In this document: positions 1-7,478 of the stretch, piece by piece
How the letters are laid out: each line of letters begins with the position of its first letter
How positions within the stretch are numbered: position 1 is the stretch's first letter
IMG/VR virus record: IMGVR_UViG_3300033076_000239
Location: 1-42,683 of that record
Length of the DNA: 42,683 bases
Source: a virus
Taxonomy: Duplodnaviria; Caudoviricetes
Strand: one strand, 5' to 3'
Notes under the pieces: model-generated
The model's input: the letters and a program-made list of their open reading frames with translations, nothing else
Databases searched by the model: none
Told to the model about the DNA's origin: nothing
Made by a program: the position numbers and the translations under genes

Positions 1-183
1 TAAATAAGTTTTGTTGTTAATGTTGTAATGAAAATACAATTCAATAAAAGGATTATCTTTATTAAATTTGTAAGGTAAAATACGGATTTGAGATTTTCCG
101 TTTGCAGGTTTCCAGATTGAATCTGATTTTTTTGTGTTTGTTTGAAGAGAACTAAATCTCTTTAATGCTAATGAAATATCCAT
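1..183 (-). CDS. single-stranded DNA-binding protein, T4 gp32-like (5' part only; runs off the window)
   Basis: Not in the ORF track. Manual translation from ATG at 183 gives MDISLALKRFSSLQTNTKKSDSIWKPANGKSQIRILPYKFNKDNPFIELYFHYNINNKTYL. The WKP...IRILP...PF.E.Y.H pattern is typical of gp32-like SSB N-termini. Confidence 0.8.
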   Translation of the reverse strand, partial: MDISLALKRFSSLQTNTKKSDSIWKPANGKSQIRILPYKFNKDNPFIELYFHYNINNKTYL

Positions 184-281
184 TGCTTTTTTAAGTTTTA
201 AGTGTTAATAAATTGTTTTAAATTTTAAGGTTTTATCGCGATTACCTATATCTAAATATAACCTTTTTGTTTTTGTTGTAA

Positions 282-313
282 CAAATATACAACTTTTTTT
301 TCATAATTCCTAT
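282..313 (-). promoter_or_regulatory. Bacteroidota-type promoter, -7 element, upstream of the SSB gene
   Basis: TATATTTG at 282-289 (minus) fits TAnnTTTG. The element 20 nt upstream reads ATAGGAA, an imperfect match to the TTTGGAA of the other copies. Confidence 0.5.
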
Positions 314-1410
314 TATTTTTCAATAAAAAAATCTGAAAGTTCGTTTATCAAAGCTTCTCTGTATTTGGGTAAATCCGTATCTTTATGTAACCCCATTCCA
401 GAATATTCTCTAATCAATTTTTCGTTAATATCCATTTTTGCCTGAACCTCTTCCGAATAGTAATATTCATCAGACATATTGTTCATAAAATCTTCTATAT
501 TATCAAAAAATAATTGAAATCCTAAATTTTTCAATTCATTTGATAATAGGTTATTATGCTCATGTACAAATATAACGTTTCTATATAATAATGGATATGT
601 AGTTTTTCTACTTATAGTATGATGATATGGTGCAAAATCTGTACTACCATCGGATAATCCAAAATATGGTTCACACAATATATTAAATTTACTCATACAA
701 TGTAACTCCTGTGCTCTGTTTTGAGTTTCATTTTGTGCATGAATATCAATTTGTTCTGGTTGTAATTTTAAAGTTTTTAAAAAATCAAAATCTATATCCT
801 TTTCTATTGCATATTTTTTATAAAATCTATAATATTTGTAATCATCTAATGTGTGATGATTATGATAGGATATAAAATTTTCAGATTTGAATAATTCATT
901 TTTTTTATTTAAATAACAAATTATCTCATCTCTGTTTATTTTTCTGTTGTAATTTAAAAATAAAAGTTTTTTACTTCTTTCAATATTACTTCCATTAAAT
1001 GCTCCTGCGTAATTTTTTATAAGTGTTATTGGAGTATTTGCAATAACAAGCTTTCCATATTCATTTGGATATTTAAATTTTAAAAATTCATTAACGCAAC
1101 AATCAAATGAATGTATAAATACTTTTACACCTTCTTTTACAAAGGAATCAATCATTTCTGTTATAGATTCGTAATCAGCATTAAACTCTTCATTCGCATT
1201 TATCAAAACTTTTCTATAATTTTGTGCTATACGTTTTATATCATTTTTTAAAAAAGTACGTTGATTAGAATGCAATTCATACCCATCATGTTCAAATTCA
1301 TCTCTGCATAACCCAATTGTATCCATATAATTAATAAGATACACATCATCCATATTTAGATGATTTGTTAGATTATTATGTTGTAAAAAAATCTGTATAT
1401 TAGTTCTCAT
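313..1410 (-). CDS. hypothetical protein, possibly a distant glycosyltransferase-like fold
   Basis: 365-aa ORF. Its LFLNYNRKINR and C-terminal FNILCE...ISRKTTYP...LKNLGF segments resemble common uncharacterised proteins of large phages. The fold is a guess. Confidence 0.6.
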   Translation of the reverse strand: MRTNIQIFLQHNNLTNHLNMDDVYLINYMDTIGLCRDEFEHDGYELHSNQRTFLKNDIKRIAQNYRKVLINANEEFNADYESITEMIDSFVKEGVKVFIHSFDCCVNEFLKFKYPNEYGKLVIANTPITLIKNYAGAFNGSNIERSKKLLFLNYNRKINRDEIICYLNKKNELFKSENFISYHNHHTLDDYKYYRFYKKYAIEKDIDFDFLKTLKLQPEQIDIHAQNETQNRAQELHCMSKFNILCEPYFGLSDGSTDFAPYHHTISRKTTYPLLYRNVIFVHEHNNLLSNELKNLGFQLFFDNIEDFMNNMSDEYYYSEEVQAKMDINEKLIREYSGMGLHKDTDLPKYREALINELSDFFIEK

Positions 1411-1437
1411 ACCTTAAATTTGCCCAATGTTTATCCT

Positions 1438-1794
1438 TTATTTTGCCCATTTCCCTCTACTCACTAATTGAGCAATTACGGAATATACGGCAAGGTCTTG
1501 GTAAGTATCTTCAACGGATTCACCAACTTCATCTGGTTGTCCTAATACTACTAATTGTTTTAATCTGTTGATTTTATCGTTCTGTCTGAACCATAATCCT
1601 GTCAAAGATAATTTAATATCTTCTTTGGTTTGTAAGGCAGTTCCTACGGAAATGTTACCAGGTCCGTAATTTCTTTGCTTCTTACAAAATGTAATATACA
1701 TTTCGTCTAAAATTTTTTTGAATTCCTCACAAGTTTGAGGATATGTGTGTTCGCAATATGCGATTGCCGATGGTTCTGCTTCTTTTTCTGTCAT
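1438..1794 (-). CDS. DUF1599 / nucleotide-modification-associated domain 1 (Nmad1) protein
   Basis: Motifs KKQRNYG, FRQNDKINRL and ESVEDTYQDLAVYSVI. Confidence 0.85.
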   Translation of the reverse strand: MTEKEAEPSAIAYCEHTYPQTCEEFKKILDEMYITFCKKQRNYGPGNISVGTALQTKEDIKLSLTGLWFRQNDKINRLKQLVVLGQPDEVGESVEDTYQDLAVYSVIAQLVSRGKWAK

Positions 1795-1797
1795 AAC

Positions 1798-1923
1798 TTA
1801 TTTTTTAATACCCCACTTTTTTTCTAACATTTTGTAATACCTTTGTGTTTTGTTTCCATTATACAGAAAATACACTACATGGATGTCAAACCACAATTCA
1901 ATTTTTTTGAGTAATTTTTTCAT
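1798..1923 (-). CDS. small hypothetical protein (41 aa)
   Basis: Below the ORF-track cutoff. MKKLLKKIELWFDIHVVYFLYNGNKTQRYYKMLEKKWGIKK fills the gap between its neighbours and stops 3 nt before the DUF1599 start. Confidence 0.65.
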   Translation of the reverse strand: MKKLLKKIELWFDIHVVYFLYNGNKTQRYYKMLEKKWGIKK

Positions 1924-2227
1924 TTTGTTTATCTATTTTGTTTTTAAGTTTTAACGCAAGGGCACATAATTCATACTCCTCATCCTCTTCTAATATTTTT
2001 AAATTATCATCTAATAATCCTGCAAATTCATTACTTCTAATTGAAAGTGCAATAATCAGAATATCTTTAACATTTATTTCAGCAAAATCAATTTTCTTTT
2101 TTCGTTTTTTTATAGCATATTCTATTGCAGAAACGATTGCTTTTGCAAGTTCTGTTCTGTGATTTTCAAATACTTGATTTGGATTGTTTTCTGAAATCCG
2201 TATTGGTTGAAATGCTTCTTTTTTCAT
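1898..2227 (-). CDS. hypothetical protein
   Basis: 109-aa ORF directly downstream of a consensus promoter. The C-terminal EEYELCA...LK resembles a UVR-like helical motif. Confidence 0.75.
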   Translation of the reverse strand: MKKEAFQPIRISENNPNQVFENHRTELAKAIVSAIEYAIKKRKKKIDFAEINVKDILIIALSIRSNEFAGLLDDNLKILEEDEEYELCALALKLKNKIDKQNEKITQKN

Positions 2228-2232
2228 TAATA

Positions 2233-2264
2233 CAAATATAAGGAAAATATTTTACTTTTCCAAA
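2233..2264 (-). promoter_or_regulatory. Bacteroidota primary-sigma promoter (TTTG-N20-TATATTTG)
   Basis: Minus strand has TTTG (2264-2261), a 20-nt spacer and TATATTTG (2240-2233), matching the -33/-7 consensus TTTG / TAnnTTTG. Confidence 0.8.
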
Positions 2265-2659
2265 TTATCTACATTAATTGATTTAAAAACTTTTGTAGGA
2301 ATTTTTTTATATCCGTTTGGAGATGTGGTAATGATACAGTTTTTATATTCATCCCATTCCAACTGGTAAGTATTATCTAACATACCACCTGTTTTTGATT
2401 TAACAACTTCATTGAGTGCGTTGATGGTGTAGATTGTATTTGATTGTTTTTTTCTATGAACCAATATTGTTTTCCATACAGAAGCAATTGCAGAAGAACC
2501 TTTTTCTACATTAAATGTAATATAAAGTTCCCCTGCATTTGTTTTGCTTTCTAATACAAACACATTTGGATTTGTAAGTATATATTGATTTAGAACGAAT
2601 TCTAATGATTTATCTAGTTCTTCTTTTGTGGTAAAAAGACATAGTAACTGTGTATTCAT
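2252..2659 (-). CDS. hypothetical phage protein
   Basis: 135-aa ORF with globular-protein composition (TILVHRKKQSNTIYTINALN), co-oriented with its neighbours. Confidence 0.8.
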   Translation of the reverse strand: MNTQLLCLFTTKEELDKSLEFVLNQYILTNPNVFVLESKTNAGELYITFNVEKGSSAIASVWKTILVHRKKQSNTIYTINALNEVVKSKTGGMLDNTYQLEWDEYKNCIITTSPNGYKKIPTKVFKSINVDNLEK

Positions 2660-2716
2660 TTATTATATGTTATCATTATTTCTTACATATATATAAAATT
2701 ACAAAACAAAAGTGAT

Positions 2717-4903
2717 TTATTTACTATTTTTTCTACCATCCACTTTTGATGCTACACATTGTCTTAAACCTTTACCCAACTTTTTCTCAACCTTTTTACT
2801 TTCACCAGATGTTCTCCAACTGTCTTCTGCTAATGAAACAGTTCCATTTGGACTTGTAATTTCAATATATCCTGTGGTTGCGTTGATTTTACACTTTTTT
2901 AATAAATGTTTATTAAGTTGTGCTCTTCCTTCCGGTGAATCAATTTCTCCTTCGAACCCACTCAATTCGGCTAAACATCCTCTAAAATCAGCAGGTCTAC
3001 TTCCTCTAATACCCGTTACTGCCGATAAACTATTATCAAAGTTTTCAACCATTAAATCAAAGTGCATTGAATGAATTACCGTTGAAATATATGCTTCCGT
3101 ATGAGGACCGTTATTTCCGTCTTTATCAGGGAATCCTTTTGATTTATCTGCTTCACTAATCCCTTTTACAATATCATTATGAACTGCTCCAACCAAATCC
3201 TTTTCATCGTTTTTGTTTTTAACTGCCAATGCTACCGATTCTGAATTAAAATCTATATCAGGATATTTTTGTTTTATTTTTGTTACCTGTGCAAACTCAC
3301 CAATTTTTGTAAGAACTTTACCAAATGTAGAATATCCAACAGCTTTACCTTTTTGTTCTTCGGATTTTATATAATTTTGAGTAGCTGCTAAAACTTCCGC
3401 ATTTGTTGCTTTTTGTAAATCCAAACCATTTGTTTCTGCGTATTTTTGGAATGCTTTGTTTTCTTTCAATTTATCCATATACGGTTTCATTTCAGGTATT
3501 TCCGTAAATTTAACAAAACTATCATCAAGTTTCATAGATGCAAATGCTCTATTAGTTGCTTGTTTTCCATCTGCACATTTAGAAATACCTTCATCTGCTA
3601 TTTTTATTACAGTTTCGGATACTTCTGGACCAAATGATTTTTTAATAGTATTCAACATATATTCGGGAGTTGTATTTGCCCACATATCTGCCAAATCATT
3701 TTGCTTCTTATTTGTTATATGTAATACGGTAGTTCTACCATTTTTATCCTTACCGATTACCATAGTATCATTAAACCCTAATTTATCAAATGCTCTGATT
3801 TCATTTTCGTAATGTTTAATATCATCTGCATTTCCAGATTGTTTTGCTTCTTCTAACTTATCTTGTAAGTGTGAATAAATTGCAGCATCTGCACCACCTT
3901 CTTTTGGATTTGATTGAATAACGTAGAATGGTTTTGAATCATCTATATTGCTGCCAGTTTTTGCTTCATATAAAGTGGCGTGTGCCCCATCAAAATCTGC
4001 ATTTGCCCATAATCTAAATGCTTCTTCGTTTTCTCCAAATCCTTTATTACCACCTTTATACCATAACGATTCTGGATTTGATTTTAATCTTTCCAATTCC
4101 AAATCACCAAATACCTTTCTTTGTGCAAGATACTCAACGGCATCTTCTGTTGAAACTCCTAATTGTTTAGAAACTTCTTTAACTCTATTGGCATATCCTT
4201 TTGCGTTAGCAGCTATGTTTTTCTTCTCAGCATCAATTGCTTCTCTATTATCACTTTGCCATTTAGAATATCCCTCACCTTGAAATTCATTTGCAAGACT
4301 TGTCAATCTTGCTTCACCATATGATGGAACTGCACCACCTGCTCCTGCAATACCTTTATCTCTTAATGTGTTTACCTCATCTGAGGATTTAAGTATTTCT
4401 GAAAAATCTCCTTTATTTAGAGATTGTCTAATTGCTTCTTGGTCTGGATTTAATTGTTTTTGTTTAGGTGTTTCTGGTTGAGTTTGGGTAGGTTCATCAA
4501 ATACACTTGCACCACCATTGTTACCAAATACACTTGCACCCTGCGTAGGAGTTGATTTATCATCCGATGGTAACTTACCACCGTTAGATGCTTTTGCTTT
4601 TTCTATCTCATCTGGTGTTGGTTTGTCGTGTTTAGATGGGTCAAATTGTTTAACCGTATAAACATTACCAGATGATTTACTCTTTACAACCTCATCTTCT
4701 CTAAGAACACGTTTTGGTTTTGGAGTATTCTCTTTAATATATTGGAAGACAACGGATGCTCTATCTGCCAATTGCTGAGCAGAATCAATACGTCGTTCTC
4801 TTAAAAGTTTTACTAATTCTTTTTTGTGGGATTCCTTTGTTAAATCAACAATTCCTACTTTAAAACTTAACTCTTCTAATATCTCGTCAAAATTTGGATA
4901 CAT
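2717..4903 (-). CDS. large hypothetical protein, candidate internal head protein
   Basis: 728-aa ORF with the late-type motif upstream. The N-terminal leader has IKE and LRE sites followed by a low-complexity linker. Function is inferred only. Confidence 0.7.
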   Translation of the reverse strand: MYPNFDEILEELSFKVGIVDLTKESHKKELVKLLRERRIDSAQQLADRASVVFQYIKENTPKPKRVLREDEVVKSKSSGNVYTVKQFDPSKHDKPTPDEIEKAKASNGGKLPSDDKSTPTQGASVFGNNGGASVFDEPTQTQPETPKQKQLNPDQEAIRQSLNKGDFSEILKSSDEVNTLRDKGIAGAGGAVPSYGEARLTSLANEFQGEGYSKWQSDNREAIDAEKKNIAANAKGYANRVKEVSKQLGVSTEDAVEYLAQRKVFGDLELERLKSNPESLWYKGGNKGFGENEEAFRLWANADFDGAHATLYEAKTGSNIDDSKPFYVIQSNPKEGGADAAIYSHLQDKLEEAKQSGNADDIKHYENEIRAFDKLGFNDTMVIGKDKNGRTTVLHITNKKQNDLADMWANTTPEYMLNTIKKSFGPEVSETVIKIADEGISKCADGKQATNRAFASMKLDDSFVKFTEIPEMKPYMDKLKENKAFQKYAETNGLDLQKATNAEVLAATQNYIKSEEQKGKAVGYSTFGKVLTKIGEFAQVTKIKQKYPDIDFNSESVALAVKNKNDEKDLVGAVHNDIVKGISEADKSKGFPDKDGNNGPHTEAYISTVIHSMHFDLMVENFDNSLSAVTGIRGSRPADFRGCLAELSGFEGEIDSPEGRAQLNKHLLKKCKINATTGYIEITSPNGTVSLAEDSWRTSGESKKVEKKLGKGLRQCVASKVDGRKNSK

Positions 4904-4928
4904 ATTTTCTTTGTGTTTCTGTATATCT

Positions 4929-4937
4929 TATAAATAT
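4929..4937 (-). promoter_or_regulatory. putative late promoter motif ATATTTATA
   Basis: Same intergenic motif as found before the structural genes. Confidence 0.6.
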
Positions 4938-4943
4938 AAAAGT

Positions 4944-6209
4944 TTATTGTAAATGAACCAAATTATCGTAATTCGTTCCTTCATCTGCTCTGACAGGGAA
5001 TCCACCCTTTTCCATAATGGTCGGTAAAAGTTCTAAAATCCTATCTCTTTCCGTAGGATGAGTGTCGATTAAGAACGCATCATAGGTATATAAAATCAAT
5101 TTCGATTTCATCCCACTCAAAAAATCTAAAATCCCAACCATTTTCATATAGTTTATTTCAGTTTCTAATGCTTGTAGTAAGTAGTTAAAAACTTTTTGTT
5201 GTGTTGGTGATTCAATTCGATTATGATGGATTTCCCTTTTAAATAAGGGTGTCGTTAATTTACCCGAAATTACATACCGTTGATACAAATTGTCGATGTA
5301 AGATTCTACTTTTTGAAAGAATGGAATCCCCCTCGCAAAGTCGTCTAAACCCCCATAAAGATACTTAAAGGTTAAACCCTTTGCGGTTTCGTAATCACAT
5401 CCATAGTGGTTTGCAAGGTATTGGTGAGCCGTAATATCGGTTGGAAACTTATACCCAATCAATCCCGCAATCAATCGTATGTGATATGATTCATAATCGA
5501 ATTGGATTAGAGTTCCCCCATCGAATCTACTAATGATGGATTCCCTACTTTTATCCCCTTTAGGAAGAGCAGAGTAATTTACATTTAAATGTCTATTGGA
5601 TGGTCTACCCGTAACCGTATATGGATTGTATTGTGTGTACACTTTACCACCATCTATATAACGTGAATCGAAGCTAAATCTATCAATAAATTTTTCCTCT
5701 TCGACTTGAACCCCAGCCCCTTCCACTTTTCCTAATAAAGAGATTGAATCTGAATATTTACGATGATAATCTTTTATCTCAAATGTATCAGGTATTGATT
5801 TTAAGAGTTCATACCACTTCATGAGAGGAATACAATCGTTGTTCAAAAGATAATCATTTCTATACCCCTTAAAAAGAGTTTCTACATAATCATTAAATAC
5901 AAATGGTTTGCCTACTGATTCAAAATAAACCCATTCGTAATCAAGTCCGTTCGATTGTATATATCGGTTTCCTAATACTAATGTATTTGGATTACAAAGT
6001 TTGTGTATTGGGAATAAATCTACACAATCTGCATCTATATGATTGAAATTAATAATACCATCTTCCTCATTTGTTTTATAATATACAAATGATATTGGAA
6101 ACATAGATTGATGTCCTCTGCTACTACTCCACACAGGAACTATCAATTTAATTTTGGGTTTTGATTGGACAAAAAAATGTAGGGTATCCCTATTTTCTAT
6201 TAAGTTCAT
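4944..6209 (-). CDS. short, divergent family-A DNA polymerase-like protein
   Basis: TVTGRPSN (TGRLSS motif), motif A FDYESYHIRL, motif B AKGLTFKYLYG, NYLLQ and motif C LYTYDAFL. Only 421 aa, with no recognisable exonuclease motifs. Confidence 0.88.
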   Translation of the reverse strand: MNLIENRDTLHFFVQSKPKIKLIVPVWSSSRGHQSMFPISFVYYKTNEEDGIINFNHIDADCVDLFPIHKLCNPNTLVLGNRYIQSNGLDYEWVYFESVGKPFVFNDYVETLFKGYRNDYLLNNDCIPLMKWYELLKSIPDTFEIKDYHRKYSDSISLLGKVEGAGVQVEEEKFIDRFSFDSRYIDGGKVYTQYNPYTVTGRPSNRHLNVNYSALPKGDKSRESIISRFDGGTLIQFDYESYHIRLIAGLIGYKFPTDITAHQYLANHYGCDYETAKGLTFKYLYGGLDDFARGIPFFQKVESYIDNLYQRYVISGKLTTPLFKREIHHNRIESPTQQKVFNYLLQALETEINYMKMVGILDFLSGMKSKLILYTYDAFLIDTHPTERDRILELLPTIMEKGGFPVRADEGTNYDNLVHLQ

Positions 6210-6215
6210 ACCCTA

Positions 6216-6247
6216 CAAATATACTAAAAATATTTTACAATTCCAAA
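6216..6247 (-). promoter_or_regulatory. Bacteroidota primary-sigma promoter (TTTG-N20-TATATTTG)
   Basis: TTTG at 6247-6244, 20-nt spacer, TATATTTG at 6223-6216, ending 6 nt before the polymerase ATG. Confidence 0.8.
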
Positions 6248-7024
6248 TTATTCTCCCCAATGTTTTTTACGGAGTTCGTAAATATCAATTGGTTCTCTTT
6301 TCATTTGGTTTCCTTTGTTAAAATACGCACCCTCTTTCAAATAAGAAGTTAAATAATTTCTTCTCATTCTTTTAGGGTCTCTATTTGGTTCTGAACCATG
6401 TACAACGTGAGAGTGTAATAAAACTGCTTGTCCTTTTCTAACACATCCTTCAATCTTTCTGAAATCATGTCCTTCTGGCATTACACAACTTTTACCTCTT
6501 TCACTTCTCCAATTGTCGGTGTTGGTTGCTTTTCTTTCCTCATTATCTTCAATTGGTAAAACTGGTAATCTATGTGAACCTTCATAGTTCCATACCGCAC
6601 CATTTTCAGGGTCGTGATTATCTAATGCAATCGCTACGTTAATAATTTCGTTGTGTTTGCATCCTGTATAAAAACCATTTTGATGTTGGTCTCTACCTAA
6701 TTCACCTTTTGGTTTGAAATATGCCCAAGTCTGCATACCAATAACATTACCCTCCATTAGAAATTCAGATGCTTCTATCAACTTTGGATGAGCAAATAAC
6801 TTTTCTAATTTTTCGGATTTTTTGTGTGGATACATAAATGGTTCATATTCCTGCCATTTTTCAGGTTCTTCTGCGTTTCTCTCTAATCTGATACGATTAA
6901 GTTCATCATTAATTTCATCTACTTCTTCATCGGTTAATAATTCAATTGTAGTGAAACCTCTATAACGCCAATCAAATAACATTTGTTGTTTTTCCTCTTC
7001 GGATAAGTGTTTGTATTCTTTCAT
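6248..7024 (-). CDS. phytanoyl-CoA dioxygenase (PhyH) family Fe(II)/2-oxoglutarate oxygenase
   Basis: YFKPKG...HQN, IALD...ENGA...GSH and GQAVLLHSHVVHGSEPN...R. Confidence 0.9.
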   Translation of the reverse strand: MKEYKHLSEEEKQQMLFDWRYRGFTTIELLTDEEVDEINDELNRIRLERNAEEPEKWQEYEPFMYPHKKSEKLEKLFAHPKLIEASEFLMEGNVIGMQTWAYFKPKGELGRDQHQNGFYTGCKHNEIINVAIALDNHDPENGAVWNYEGSHRLPVLPIEDNEERKATNTDNWRSERGKSCVMPEGHDFRKIEGCVRKGQAVLLHSHVVHGSEPNRDPKRMRRNYLTSYLKEGAYFNKGNQMKREPIDIYELRKKHWGE

Positions 7025-7047
7025 AACTATGTTTAGGGTATTATATA

Positions 7048-7081
7048 TATAAATATACTAAATTTATTTTTTATTTCCAAG
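7048..7081 (-). promoter_or_regulatory. hybrid promoter: CTTGGAA (-33-like) plus TATATTTATA
   Basis: CTTG at 7081-7078, 20-nt spacer, TATATTTA(TA) at 7057-7048. Confidence 0.55.
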
Positions 7082-7098
7082 CATTTTGATGATTTTTA

Positions 7099-7473
7099 TC
7101 ATTTATAAAATTGTAAAATATTAGGTAAATATAATCCTAAATTTTTTATTTTTTCTGCTCCTAATACAATCGATGCTTTATTTGCCGATATTACTCCTTT
7201 ATCTATAACATCTCCCATATCATTATATACTGCATCTAATGGACCTGTTATTCTCCAATAAATACTTTCTGCTAACCAGTATGGGTTTTTTAATAATCTT
7301 AAATATGTTTTTGAATCTACCTCATAAACAAATCCGTTTATATCATTTGCTTTTTGAGTAAAAAATCTTTCCACAAAACCTTTTGCATAATCATTTTCAG
7401 TAGGCAATGGTACAATTGTCTGTGGTATAAACAATGATGGTAATTCTTTATCTTTAATTAAGTCTGTGTACAT
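7099..7473 (-). CDS. hypothetical protein, probably baseplate-associated
   Basis: The track ORF is 7099-7521. The ATG at 7473 (MYTDLIKDK) is preferred because it lies 5 nt after the upstream stop and avoids overlap. Confidence 0.7.
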   Translation of the reverse strand: MYTDLIKDKELPSLFIPQTIVPLPTENDYAKGFVERFFTQKANDINGFVYEVDSKTYLRLLKNPYWLAESIYWRITGPLDAVYNDMGDVIDKGVISANKASIVLGAEKIKNLGLYLPNILQFYK

Positions 7474-7478
7474 TATAA

